Assembly (NCBI GenBank): GCA_963837955.1
Contig: CAWIPH010000002.1
Location: forward strand, 2,240,001-2,304,000
Source of the DNA: an uncultured Verrucomicrobiae bacterium
Lineage (GTDB): Bacteria > Verrucomicrobiota > Verrucomicrobiia > Chthoniobacterales > JAFAMB01
Direction of reading: 5' to 3'
Length of the DNA stretch: 64,000 nucleotides
Part shown: positions 38,899 through 48,883 of the stretch, piece after piece
How positions within the stretch are numbered: position 1 is the stretch's first letter
Layout: each line of letters begins with the position of its first letter
Translations under genes and position numbers: made by a program
Notes under the pieces: model-generated
What the model was told of the DNA's origin: nothing
The model's input: the letters and a program-made list of their open reading frames with translations, nothing else
The model's database searches: none

Positions 38899-39570
38899 AT
38901 GCGTCTGCTGATCATCGAAGACGAAAAAAAGACCGCTGCTCATCTCCAGAAAGGCCTGAGCGAGAATGGTTTTACGGTGGACGTGGCTCATGATGGTGCC
39001 GAAGGATCGCAACTCGCGTGTGCCGGTGGGTACGCGCTCATCGTTCTGGACGTCATGTTGCCGCAGCGAGACGGTTGGGCCATCCTCGGTGAACTGCGGC
39101 AGGCCGGTGTCATGACGCCGGTTCTCTTTCTTACCGCGCGCGACCGCGTGGAGGATCGGGTCAAAGGGCTGGAAATGGGAGCCGACGATTACCTGGTTAA
39201 ACCGTATGCTTTTTCTGAATTGTTAGCCCGGGTACGAACAATTTTGCGGCGCGGCTCGGCGGTGTTGGAGGAGGTGCTGCGTATATCAGATCTGGAAATA
39301 GACACTCGTCGCCATAAAGCCACCCGGGCCGGGAACAACCTCCATCTAACCCGTCGCGAGTTCGTTCTGTTGAGCTGTCTGGCGCGGTCAGCCGGAGAGG
39401 TCGTCTCGCGCACTCGGATTGTCGAAGAAGTTTGGGACATCAACTTTGATACCGGCACCAATATAGTTGAAGCGACCATGCGAAGGTTGCGAGCCAAGGT
39501 TGACGATCCCTTTGCAAAGCCGCTCATCCACAACGTCCGCGGCATTGGCTATGTTCTTGAAACCCGTTGA
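38899..39570 (+). CDS. Heavy-metal (CusR/CzcR-like) response regulator
   Basis: MRLLIIEDE.KT, FLTARD.VEDRVKGLE, VWDINFD..TNIVE, LRAKVDDPF. Confidence 0.9.
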   Translation: MRLLIIEDEKKTAAHLQKGLSENGFTVDVAHDGAEGSQLACAGGYALIVLDVMLPQRDGWAILGELRQAGVMTPVLFLTARDRVEDRVKGLEMGADDYLVKPYAFSELLARVRTILRRGSAVLEEVLRISDLEIDTRRHKATRAGNNLHLTRREFVLLSCLARSAGEVVSRTRIVEEVWDINFDTGTNIVEATMRRLRAKVDDPFAKPLIHNVRGIGYVLETR

Positions 39571-41044
39571 GAGCGAGAGGGCTGTTGCGCGCGGCTCCAG
39601 GCGGCCTTGGTCCCTGGCAGCTCGACTAGCGGTTTTCTACACCCTAGGCACAACCGCACTCCTATTCGTCGCGATGGTCATTCTTTACGATGTGGTCGTT
39701 CGGTATAGCGATGCCAACGATAACCTTTTCCTGAATGACAAATTGCGGGCTGTCCGAGCTGATCTGGCCGCCAAAAATGCAAATCAAGGAGAACTGCTCG
39801 CAGATGAAGTGCCGATCGAAGCTTCGGACTATTTCGTGAGGGTGCTCGATCGGCGAACGGGTAAGGTGATCGCCGAACGCCCTGAGATGGGAAAACGACT
39901 TTCGCCAGCGGTGTTTCCGTCGCCTCGACCGGACGGCCAGATTCCTGAGGCAGGCGCCGAACATAAAACTTCCTCTGGGAAATGGTTTCTCTTGATGTCT
40001 GCGCCGGCGGAAATTGATCGGAACGCGCCGCGTCCAGTGGTTCTCCAGATCGCGCAGGATCGCTCCGACGACAAAGCTTTTGCGGAGTACTTTCGCAACC
40101 TGCTTCTCGCGATGCTGGTGGGCGGAGCCGGTTGCTCGGCTGCGGTTGCGCTGCTGGTCTCGCGGCAAGCTTTGCGCCCGGTCCGCGAGATGGTCACCGC
40201 CATGGAGAAGGTGCAAGCTTCGCAGCTCCAGCAGCGCCTTGATCGTGGTCGCTGGCCAAGAGAGCTGATTTCTCTAGCAGCGGCTTTCGACGACATGCTC
40301 GCCCGTCTCAAAGAATCCTTTGAGCGGTTATCAGGCTTCTCGGCGGATCTCGCTCACGAGCTGCGCACCCCTATTCAAAATCTGCGTGGCGAAGCCGAGG
40401 TGGCTCTTACCCGAACCCGGACCGCTGCTGAATATCGGGAAGTGATTGAATTAAGCATCGAGGAATATCAGGGCCTTGCCAGTATGATTGATAGCTTGCT
40501 TTTTTTGGCCCGGGCCGAGAACGCTGAAACACGGCTCGATCGCGACACCTTCGAGATTGGTCCCGAAATTGACACAATTCTTGATTTCTACGATGCGGCG
40601 GCACGCGAACAAAATATCGCGCTCAGCCGCGAAGGGGATGCAGATCTATCTGCCGATGCAATGTTAGTTCGTCGCGCGGTCAGCAATCTTGTCTCAAACG
40701 CTCTGCAACACACTGCGACAGGAGGACAAATCCGGATTTCGGTGGTCGAGCAAACCGACGGAACCGTCGAAGTGCAAGTGCAGGACACCGGCTGCGGCAT
40801 TGGTCCGGAACATTTGCCTCGGATTTTCAACCGCTTCTACCGAACGGATCCGGCCCGCGGTTCCGATTCGGCTGGGGCCGGATTGGGACTGGCGATCGTC
40901 AAATCGATCATGGATTTGCATGGCGGGTCGGTAAACGCTGTGAGCGAACCGGGTAAGGGGACGACCGTCACGCTCAAATTTTTTCGCGAAAAGCCCATCC
41001 CTCAGCCGGCTAAAGATGACAAAGATTTTCAGGTTCGAGCCTAG
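39551..41044 (+). CDS. Heavy-metal (CusS/CzcS-like) sensor histidine kinase
   Basis: WP.EL HAMP, FSADLAHELRTP, LLFLARAE, GAGLGLAIV.SIM.LHGG. Confidence 0.9.
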   Translation: MFLKPVESERAVARGSRRPWSLAARLAVFYTLGTTALLFVAMVILYDVVVRYSDANDNLFLNDKLRAVRADLAAKNANQGELLADEVPIEASDYFVRVLDRRTGKVIAERPEMGKRLSPAVFPSPRPDGQIPEAGAEHKTSSGKWFLLMSAPAEIDRNAPRPVVLQIAQDRSDDKAFAEYFRNLLLAMLVGGAGCSAAVALLVSRQALRPVREMVTAMEKVQASQLQQRLDRGRWPRELISLAAAFDDMLARLKESFERLSGFSADLAHELRTPIQNLRGEAEVALTRTRTAAEYREVIELSIEEYQGLASMIDSLLFLARAENAETRLDRDTFEIGPEIDTILDFYDAAAREQNIALSREGDADLSADAMLVRRAVSNLVSNALQHTATGGQIRISVVEQTDGTVEVQVQDTGCGIGPEHLPRIFNRFYRTDPARGSDSAGAGLGLAIVKSIMDLHGGSVNAVSEPGKGTTVTLKFFREKPIPQPAKDDKDFQVRA

Positions 41045-41101
41045 TGCGCCATCTCCATAGGTCGGATACCGGCGCTGCCGCGGTCAAGCGAGACCACGGA
41101 C

Positions 41102-41857
41102 TTAAAAATAGGAACCTGACTCAGCCCGGCCTCGCAGCGAATCGACAAAGTCGTCCAGTTTGCGCTTATCCATCTTGGAAACGACGATGTAATTGCAGTC
41201 TGCGTTGCTCCAGGTGCTGACGTTGCATCCTTCGATGGAATGGTTGCCGGTTGAGATCTGTTCCTTGTTGGATGGCCAGCAAAACAAGGTAACAACGTTT
41301 TTGGCCTGTCCGTAAACGAGCGTCGCGACCGAACGATTTTGGATGACATCTGTACGTCCCCCGAGGAGGGTGTACCCGGAAGCAAAAAGATCAACCAGCG
41401 GTGGCGTAAAATTGAGTTTGGCGGTGAACCAAGGCTTTAGCACCTGCGCGTCCGAAGAGGCAACGTCAACAAGATGATTATTAGCAAGAGATTGGGCAAA
41501 CTGCCCAACTGCTTGGTTTGAGAGTTCTTTTCCGCTGTCCGGAACAAGCAGGGTTGTGGCACATAAGCCGACGGCGAGCACGGCTGCCGCATAGATCCAA
41601 GGCTGATGCAAGAATGTAAGCGCTTGTTTTGAACTCTCCCGCCGAAACATCGCCAAAACATTGGACCTCAGCTGAGGAGGTGCCTTATACGCCGGTGCGT
41701 TCTCTCTAAAGAAGGACTGGAATTCCTGACATTCCAGTGCGAGCGACTGGCAAGCTGGGCAACTCCTCAAATGTTCCTCAAGTCGGAGCTGCCGGCTGGG
41801 TTCGAGCTCGGAATCTAAGTAGGGATCTAGGAGGCGATCGACATCTTCACAGTTCAT
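41102..41857 (-). CDS. Membrane anti-sigma factor (zf-HC2)
   Basis: MNC..YLD.EL..HLRSCPAC, one TM, VDVASSD...KPWF, LLGGR.D. Confidence 0.85.
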   Translation of the reverse strand: MNCEDVDRLLDPYLDSELEPSRQLRLEEHLRSCPACQSLALECQEFQSFFRENAPAYKAPPQLRSNVLAMFRRESSKQALTFLHQPWIYAAAVLAVGLCATTLLVPDSGKELSNQAVGQFAQSLANNHLVDVASSDAQVLKPWFTAKLNFTPPLVDLFASGYTLLGGRTDVIQNRSVATLVYGQAKNVVTLFCWPSNKEQISTGNHSIEGCNVSTWSNADCNYIVVSKMDKRKLDDFVDSLRGRAESGSYF

Positions 41858-42365
41858 TCTTGCGACCCCCCACGTTGCCCCCCATCATTTCCTGGCGCAA
41901 GCGCTGGCGGGCCTGGTTGAGCCGAGACATCACCATCGCAGCTGACAGGTTCAGTGCGGATGCCAATTGTTCGTTAGACCATCCTTCGACGTCACGCAGC
42001 GCCAAAATTTCCCGAGATTCGACTGGTAATCTACTCAATGCTTTATGGAGATCTCGTCTTCGCTCTTCCGGGGAAGGTTCGAGCGACGGCTTGTCGGACG
42101 GTACCACATGAATCGCTTCCGCAAACTGGGAATGACGGCTATGCTCCTGGAGCCAGCTGTGAGCAGTGTTTCGGACGATGGTCAATAGCCAAGCTCGAGG
42201 GTCGGCCCCGCGAAATTGGCTAAACTCCTTCAATGCTTGGATGTAAGCCTCTTGGACCACCCTCTGCGCGTCCTGATCCCGCTCGACTATCCAGCGCGCG
42301 AGATTGTACGCACCGTCTAAGTGAGGCAGGAGATGTTCTTCAAAAAGCGGCTGTTTTTGTCGCAT
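41847..42365 (-). CDS. ECF RNA polymerase sigma factor
   Basis: HLDGAYNLARW, AWLLTIVRN, LP...REIL.LRD.EG, VMSRL..AR. Confidence 0.85.
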   Translation of the reverse strand: MRQKQPLFEEHLLPHLDGAYNLARWIVERDQDAQRVVQEAYIQALKEFSQFRGADPRAWLLTIVRNTAHSWLQEHSRHSQFAEAIHVVPSDKPSLEPSPEERRRDLHKALSRLPVESREILALRDVEGWSNEQLASALNLSAAMVMSRLNQARQRLRQEMMGGNVGGRKNEL

Positions 42366-42521
42366 GATGAATAAGCGGACCTCGCGTTGCCGGTCTTACT
42401 GCCCTCAAAAATTCTTCGACGATGCTGCGTGCCTTATCATTGCAAGGACTCATACCCTTTTTGCAACCGCTACCGCTGCCGCCCTCATAACGAAAGCCAG
42501 AATCCGAAGACTGCGGCGAAA

Positions 42522-42537
42522 CTGATGGAATTGTAAT
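42522..42537 (+). promoter_or_regulatory. cop/cus-box-like site upstream of czcC
   Basis: CTGATGGAATTGTAAT resembles CopR/CusR boxes (TGAC-N5/6-TGTAAT type). Confidence 0.5.
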
Positions 42538-42574
42538 TTTCCAGGCGGTCTTTTGTGAGAGTTCGCGTGGTACC

Positions 42575-43930
42575 ATGGCGGCGATGGAATGCCACCATAC
42601 ACGCAGCGTAATATTCGGGGGTATTCTGGTCGTTTGTATTTTGTGCGGTCACCCTTTGCCTTTGCGAGGAACCGAATCGGATGGAAGTCCTCTGTCGCTA
42701 GCGAGGGCGCTCGCTCTCACTTTGGAAAAGAGCCCGGTTCTTTCTTCCTTTTCCTGGGACATCCGAGCGGCCGAAGCTCGGATCATTCAAGCCAAGCTGG
42801 TTCCTAATCCGGAGATCAGTGTAGAAGGCGAGGATTTTACTAGGGCCGCTGTGAAGTCGGCTACCGAGAGCATGCAAAATACCATCGAACTTAGCCAACT
42901 GATCGAACTCGGAGGAAAGAGAAATTCACGAATTCGAGAAGCGCAATTCGACCGAGAAACGACCGAATGGGACTACCAGGTAAAACGCTTGGAAGTTCTG
43001 AAGTTGACCAGTTCGGCGTTCATCGACGCGCTAACCGCGCAACGAAATGTGCAGTTAGCTGGGGAGAACGTTGACCTTACTGAAGGGGCTGTGCCGGTCA
43101 CACAGAAGAGGGTCGAGGCCGGCAAGGCGTCTGACGTAGAACTGGTCCGAACGAATATAGCAGTGGCCACTGCTCGGATCCGACTAAACCAGGCGAAACG
43201 TGACTTGGAGACGTCAAGATTAAATCTGGCCGCTCAATGGGGTGAAAAGAGAGCGACATTCCCCAGCGTAACTGGAAATTTGGATCAAATTGGACCCATT
43301 CCTTCCTTGGAGTCGCTGAACGCGAAGCTTCATCGGAACCCAGATCTGGTTAGATGGACGACCGAACGCCGAAAGCGCGAAGCCACCTTGAATCTTGCCC
43401 GCGCGGAAGCAAAGCCGGACCTCACGCTGCGCGCCGGACCTCGTCTGCTTGGAGCGAGTCATGCAGATCTGACGCTGGTAGCGGGATTTTCCATACAACT
43501 GCCGCTCTGGAACCGAAACCAAGGAAAGATCGCTGAAGCAGAGGCAAACGTGGCGAAAACCACGGACGAGCGGGCGGCGGCCGAGACGCGAGCGTACGCG
43601 GAGCTCAATGAAGCTTACCAGACACTAGCGCGGGCGGCAGAGGAAGTGCGAATTCTACGCGAAACGGTACTACCGGGAGCTAAGAATACAGTTGACCAAA
43701 TTACCGATGGTTATGCGGCCGGGCGATTCAGCCAGTTGGATGTTCTCGATGCCCAGCGGACCTACAATGAAACACGAACACAATACGTTCGGGCTTTAGC
43801 AGATTTCCAGAAAGCCCAGGTTCAGATAGATACGTTGACGGCCGGACCCGTCGAGTTGCCGGGGTCGAACGAATCGCTGTCAAAAAGCTACGAAGGGAAG
43901 CGAAATAAGAAGGTCTCGCGGGATGAATAA
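42575..43930 (+). CDS. czcC: TolC-family outer-membrane factor (CzcC-like)
   Basis: PNPEI, SQLIELGGKR, LPLWNRNQG, GRFS.LDVLDAQR. Confidence 0.85.
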   Translation: MAAMECHHTRSVIFGGILVVCILCGHPLPLRGTESDGSPLSLARALALTLEKSPVLSSFSWDIRAAEARIIQAKLVPNPEISVEGEDFTRAAVKSATESMQNTIELSQLIELGGKRNSRIREAQFDRETTEWDYQVKRLEVLKLTSSAFIDALTAQRNVQLAGENVDLTEGAVPVTQKRVEAGKASDVELVRTNIAVATARIRLNQAKRDLETSRLNLAAQWGEKRATFPSVTGNLDQIGPIPSLESLNAKLHRNPDLVRWTTERRKREATLNLARAEAKPDLTLRAGPRLLGASHADLTLVAGFSIQLPLWNRNQGKIAEAEANVAKTTDERAAAETRAYAELNEAYQTLARAAEEVRILRETVLPGAKNTVDQITDGYAAGRFSQLDVLDAQRTYNETRTQYVRALADFQKAQVQIDTLTAGPVELPGSNESLSKSYEGKRNKKVSRDE

Positions 43931-45089
43931 GCAGATCTTTTCGATTGCGATCTTGATTGGACTAGCGCTGTTCGCTGATTGGCGAATTCTGGCGGAGAAG
44001 CCGCCTCAAACTTCGTCGGAGATCGCAGCAAGGGATCCGAGCCCGACCCCGAACGACAAAGACACGGATGAAGACGACCAGAAGGGCAACAACAAAAGTA
44101 AGCTCGAGAAGCCGAGTGTTACCCCCGTCGATAAAGACCAGGGCGGAAAGAAGGAAACGGGCCCGAAAGAGAATGTGACGGAGGAGCCTAGTTCTAGTCC
44201 AAACGGCCAAGACAAAAACGAGAGCGGGGAGAAGAAAAGCAAGGAAAGCGACGTGAAGGAGTCGAACGGGGTGGGGCGGATTGAACTCACCGAGGAGAAA
44301 ACCAAAAATGCAAACCTGGGTATCGAGGTAGCGGGCTCGGCCAAGATCAAGACGACCCTCCAGTTGTACGGAAAGATTGGTATGAACGAAGACGCGGTCG
44401 CGAAGGTGTCTCCGCGTTTTCCTGGGGTGGTCAAAGCAGTCTCCGTGCGACTGGGTGACCGGGTACAAAAGGGAGATGTGTTAGCGATTGTTGAGAGCAA
44501 CGACAGCCTGCGAAACTATCAGGTAACCTCGGAAATCTCCGGCACGATCATCAAAAAAGAGGTGACCGTTGGTGAGGTCGTGCGAGACGATAAGCCGATC
44601 TTCACGGTGGCTGATCTGAGCAGCGTATGGATCGATTTGAGCGTTTTCCCGCAAGATTTCAAGCGCCTGAAACAGGGACAAATGGTTCGTCTCAGTTACG
44701 CGGGCAATCTCACGCCGATTGCGGGTAAAATCGTTTATATCGCTCCTTTTGGATCGGAAAACACGCAGTCGATGCTCGCCCGTGCGGTAGCCCAAAATCC
44801 CGAAGGATTGCTTCGACCCGGATTGTTTGTCACTGCCGACCTCGAAGTCGATGAAGTTGAAGTACCGGTCGCGGTCCGCCCCGACGCTATTCAGAGCTTG
44901 AACGAAAAAACTGTGATCTTTGTGCCGGAGGGCAGTGCATTCGAAGCGCGGGAGGTCCGGCTAGGGGCACGAGACGACAGCAACGTGCAAGTGGTGTCGG
45001 GGATAGGCGCTGGAGATCGCTACGTTGCGGCAAACAGTTTTCTATTGAAAGCGGAGCTGGGCAAGGGTCAGGCCGGCGACCAGGACTGA
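43923..45089 (+). CDS. czcB: RND periplasmic adaptor (CzcB-like)
   Basis: PRFPGVV, ADLSSVW, LRPGLFV, SFLLKAELGK. Confidence 0.87.
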   Translation: MNKQIFSIAILIGLALFADWRILAEKPPQTSSEIAARDPSPTPNDKDTDEDDQKGNNKSKLEKPSVTPVDKDQGGKKETGPKENVTEEPSSSPNGQDKNESGEKKSKESDVKESNGVGRIELTEEKTKNANLGIEVAGSAKIKTTLQLYGKIGMNEDAVAKVSPRFPGVVKAVSVRLGDRVQKGDVLAIVESNDSLRNYQVTSEISGTIIKKEVTVGEVVRDDKPIFTVADLSSVWIDLSVFPQDFKRLKQGQMVRLSYAGNLTPIAGKIVYIAPFGSENTQSMLARAVAQNPEGLLRPGLFVTADLEVDEVEVPVAVRPDAIQSLNEKTVIFVPEGSAFEAREVRLGARDDSNVQVVSGIGAGDRYVAANSFLLKAELGKGQAGDQD

Positions 45090-45099
45090 GCTGGAAGGC

Positions 45100-45139
45100 C
45101 ATAGCAGATAGCCGATAGCAGATAGCCGATAGCAGATAA
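45100..45139. repeat. Tandem heptamer GATAGC(A/C)
   Basis: atagcagatagccgatagcagatagccgatagcagata. Confidence 0.8.
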
Positions 45140-45179
45140 TGAACCGTGGAGAACCAAACTTATAACCTGCAACCTTTCG

Positions 45180-48100
45180 ATGATTGAGCAGATCATCAGC
45201 TTTTCTATTCGATATCGATGGCTGGTTTTGCTTGCGGCTCTCGGTGTTGCTGGGGTTGGCGTCTCCAATTTCCAGCGGCTAGCAATCGATGCAGTCCCCG
45301 ACATCACGACTGTACAGGTTCAAATCAACACCCCTGCGTATGGTCTGTCTGCACCAGAGATCGAGCAACGAATTACCTATCCGGTTGAAACAGCGATGGC
45401 GGGGATTCCGAAGCTCGAGAGTGTCCGCTCGCTTAGTTTCTATGGTCTATCGCAAGTGACGGTCATATTTGAGGACGGGACGGACATCTATTTAGCCCGC
45501 CAGCTCATTGCCGAACGGTTACGCCAGGCGGACGACGAACTTCCGGACCACGTCAAGCCAGAGCTCGGTCCAATAGCTACGGGTCTTGGGGAAATTTACC
45601 TTTGGACGGTAGACGCCAAGCCCGAAGCCAGGAAATCGGACGGGGCGCCCTACACGCTGACCGATCTGCGCGAGATACAGGATTGGATCATTAAGCCACA
45701 GATCAAAAACGTTCCTGGCGTTGTGGAAGTCAACAGTATCGGAGGGTTTGAGAAGCAATATCACATCACTCCGCATCCGGACCGTTTGGTGGCGCTTAAC
45801 CTTTCGTTCCGAGACCTGATTGACGCGCTCGAGAAAAACAATTCAAATACCGGCGCAGGTTACATTGAGAGGAACGGCGAACAGTATATCATCCGTTCCA
45901 CCGGCCAAGTGAGAAGCCTGGCTGAAGTTCGGGCGATTGTAGTTTCCGCTCGAAGCGGTTTACCGATTCGAATTGGAGAGGTCGCTGATGTAGGGGAGGG
46001 CAAAGAGTTGCGAACCGGTGCGGCCACTCGAGACGGTGAGGAGGCGGTGCTCGGGACGGCTTTCATGCTGATTGGCGAAAACTCCCGCGCAGTCGCCACT
46101 CGGGTGGGTGAGAGACTTCAAGCGATCAATCGGACCCTACCAGCCGGCGTCGTAGCAACAACGGTTTACGACCGGAGTAACTTGGTCGACTCCACCATCG
46201 AGACAGTCCGCCAGAATCTGTTCGAGGGAGCGGTGCTCGTTGTGGCGGTGCTTTTTTTGTTGTTTGGGAATTTCCGAGCGGCATTGATCGCGGCGGCGAT
46301 CATTCCGCTGGCAATGCTTTTCACCATCACGGGCATGGTCCAGAGCAAGCTCAGCGGGAATTTAATGAGCCTTGGCGCTCTCGACTTCGGCATCATCGTC
46401 GATGGAGCCATTATTATCGCCGAGAATTGCGTGCGGTGCCTGGCTGACGAGCAGCGCCGGCTGGGTCGTCTGCTTAACCGAAGTGAGCGGCTGGCCACAG
46501 TACTCCGGGCCAGCAAGGAAGTAATCACACCAAGTATCTTCGGCTCATTCATCATCATGGTGGTCTACCTGCCAATCCTCACTTTGAGCGGCGTTGAGGG
46601 TAAAATGTTTATCCCGATGGCGTTGACGGTGTTGCTGGCGCTGCTCGGAGCCATGATTTTCGCGCTCACTCTTGTCCCGGCATCTGTTGCCATCCTCTTG
46701 CGGGGAAAGATGAACGAAAAGGAAAGCATCCTGATTCGGTGGGCCAAAAAAATCTATCTACCGTTGCTCAACGTTTCGCTAAAAAATCGGGGAGTGATTG
46801 TAGTAGTCGCAGTGTTACTCGTCGTTTCCTGCGGAGTTCTGGGATCCCGGATGGGCGCCGAATTCATACCCAGTTTGGACGAGGGAGATTTCGCTCTGGG
46901 GATCAACCGAATTCCAGGCACCAGTCTCACCCAAGCTCTGCAGATGCAGAAGAACCTGGAGATCGGGTTGCTAAAAGTTCCCGAGGTGAAAGAAATATTC
47001 ACCCGGCTCGGCACTGCGGAAATCGCCACTGATGCGCAGCCACCAAGCATTGGCGACGGCTACGTCATGTTGAAGCCGCGGAAAGAGTGGCCCAATCCCA
47101 ATAAATCAAAAGACGATCTCGCCCGCGAGATTAATGACGTTATCGACAATTACATTGGCAACAAAATCGAGCTTTCCCAGCCCATTCAAATGCGGATGAA
47201 CGAGTTGATTTCAGGCGTGAAAGGAGATGTCGCCGTGAAGGTCTTTGGGGACGACTTGGATGAGTTGTTGAAGGCAGGCCAAAAAGTTTCCGATGTGCTG
47301 AGTAGGGTGCATGGAGCGGAAGGGGTAAATCTGGAGCGACTCACCGGTATGCCGTTTCTCACCATTCAACCAAAGTACGAGGCCATTTCCCGTTATGGGT
47401 TAAGCGTGAGTGACGTCCAACAAATTATCCAGACGGCAATGGGTGGGCAAAACGCCGGTCAGTTCTTCCAGGGCGATCGACGTTTTCCGCTGGTTGTACG
47501 GTTACCGGAAACTCTCCGGAACAATCTGGATGCGCTGAAGAGACTTCCTATTTTGCTCCCCGTGACGGAACAGCCCTCCGATAATCGAACTATTTCAGCG
47601 AGCGGTGCGAATTACATTCCGCTAAGCGAGGTCGCCGACTTTGAAATCAAACCGGGACCAAATCAAGTGAACCGGGAAAACGGTAAACGACGCATCGTCA
47701 TGACGTGTAATATTCGCGGCCGCGATATTGGATCCTTTGTGGCCGAGGCCCAACGTAAGATCAAAGAGCAGATAAAATTGCCTGCCGGATATTGGATGGA
47801 ATGGGGTGGACAGTTCGAGCAACTGCAAAGCGCCACCAAAAGGCTCATGGTCGCGGTCCCTGTGGCGCTGCTCCTGATTTTTGTACTTCTATTTTTGTCT
47901 TTCGGAACGGCCAAAGACGCTTTGCTGATTTATACAGGTATTCCTTTGGCGTTGACCGGCGGTATTCTTTCGCTCTGGCTGCGTGGAATCCCACTATCCA
48001 TCTCGGCCGGGGTCGGATTTATCGCTCTGAGCGGAGTGGCTGTTCTCAACGGCGTCGTTATGATCAGCTTTATCCGGCGGCTGCGCTTGGAAGGAAAGCC

Positions 48101-48338
48101 TCGCGACGAAGCGATCCGAGTCGGTTCATTAACTCGACTCAGGCCAGTTATAATGACCGCGCTCGTGGCCTCACTCGGGTTTGTTCCCATGGCTGTAGCC
48201 ACCGGACGAGGTGCCGAAGTCCAACGCCCACTGGCAACCGTTGTGATCGGCGGCATTCTCAGCTCGACTCTATTGACTCTCTTTGTCTTACCCGTGCTCT
48301 ACAGCATCTTTCACCGAGATTCGGAACCCGCTCGATAG
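45180..48338 (+). CDS. czcA: HME-RND heavy-metal efflux pump (CzcA-like)
   Basis: DAVPDIT..QV, ATGLGEIY, NLMSLGALDFGIIVDG, GAEVQRPLATVVIGG. Confidence 0.94.
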   Translation: MIEQIISFSIRYRWLVLLAALGVAGVGVSNFQRLAIDAVPDITTVQVQINTPAYGLSAPEIEQRITYPVETAMAGIPKLESVRSLSFYGLSQVTVIFEDGTDIYLARQLIAERLRQADDELPDHVKPELGPIATGLGEIYLWTVDAKPEARKSDGAPYTLTDLREIQDWIIKPQIKNVPGVVEVNSIGGFEKQYHITPHPDRLVALNLSFRDLIDALEKNNSNTGAGYIERNGEQYIIRSTGQVRSLAEVRAIVVSARSGLPIRIGEVADVGEGKELRTGAATRDGEEAVLGTAFMLIGENSRAVATRVGERLQAINRTLPAGVVATTVYDRSNLVDSTIETVRQNLFEGAVLVVAVLFLLFGNFRAALIAAAIIPLAMLFTITGMVQSKLSGNLMSLGALDFGIIVDGAIIIAENCVRCLADEQRRLGRLLNRSERLATVLRASKEVITPSIFGSFIIMVVYLPILTLSGVEGKMFIPMALTVLLALLGAMIFALTLVPASVAILLRGKMNEKESILIRWAKKIYLPLLNVSLKNRGVIVVVAVLLVVSCGVLGSRMGAEFIPSLDEGDFALGINRIPGTSLTQALQMQKNLEIGLLKVPEVKEIFTRLGTAEIATDAQPPSIGDGYVMLKPRKEWPNPNKSKDDLAREINDVIDNYIGNKIELSQPIQMRMNELISGVKGDVAVKVFGDDLDELLKAGQKVSDVLSRVHGAEGVNLERLTGMPFLTIQPKYEAISRYGLSVSDVQQIIQTAMGGQNAGQFFQGDRRFPLVVRLPETLRNNLDALKRLPILLPVTEQPSDNRTISASGANYIPLSEVADFEIKPGPNQVNRENGKRRIVMTCNIRGRDIGSFVAEAQRKIKEQIKLPAGYWMEWGGQFEQLQSATKRLMVAVPVALLLIFVLLFLSFGTAKDALLIYTGIPLALTGGILSLWLRGIPLSISAGVGFIALSGVAVLNGVVMISFIRRLRLEGKPRDEAIRVGSLTRLRPVIMTALVASLGFVPMAVATGRGAEVQRPLATVVIGGILSSTLLTLFVLPVLYSIFHRDSEPAR

Positions 48339-48387
48339 AACAGCCGAGGTGGGCCGATCACGGAAACCGCAGGGCTGTATCGATATC

Positions 48388-48879
48388 TTAACTACCTTTT
48401 CCCGGGAAAAATTTGTCAACCAGCCAGTCCCAAGTGTGTTGCAGGCTCCAGGAATGTTCGCATCCGCCAGTTGATTGATGCCGCACCAATATTGACGCCA
48501 CGGCTTCTGCCATCGGGATCTCAAGGGAAAAGCTGACCAGGCGATTGTGATTGGAAGATTTTCTCGGACTGTCGTTGTACCAGCCGGAAGTGTCGTATTC
48601 GGCGACTTTTCGCGCAAGAACTTGTCCGCTCGCATTCACCAATGCAACCTCGGCATGGCCGCAGGTTTGATGTGGAAAGATTGCAAAACCTATCCCTGAA
48701 ACAGTGATGTTCTCGCCATCAGAGCTTACGTTTACCTCCGTAATGGAGACTTCACCGCCAGAAATGATTTTTGTTGGAATCGTGGAATTGCCTGATGCCT
48801 GGCAGGTGAGCGCAACAGAAAAAAAGGAAAAAACTAGCCAGCCTAAGAGGATGCGAGTTGGACGAATAAAAAGCAACAT
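48388..48879 (-). CDS. Hypothetical secreted protein with Cys/His motifs
   Basis: Signal peptide; HQTCGH, RH....CEH; 4 bp downstream of the porin stop. Confidence 0.65.
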   Translation of the reverse strand: MLLFIRPTRILLGWLVFSFFSVALTCQASGNSTIPTKIISGGEVSITEVNVSSDGENITVSGIGFAIFPHQTCGHAEVALVNASGQVLARKVAEYDTSGWYNDSPRKSSNHNRLVSFSLEIPMAEAVASILVRHQSTGGCEHSWSLQHTWDWLVDKFFPGKGS

Positions 48880-48883
48880 TCTG

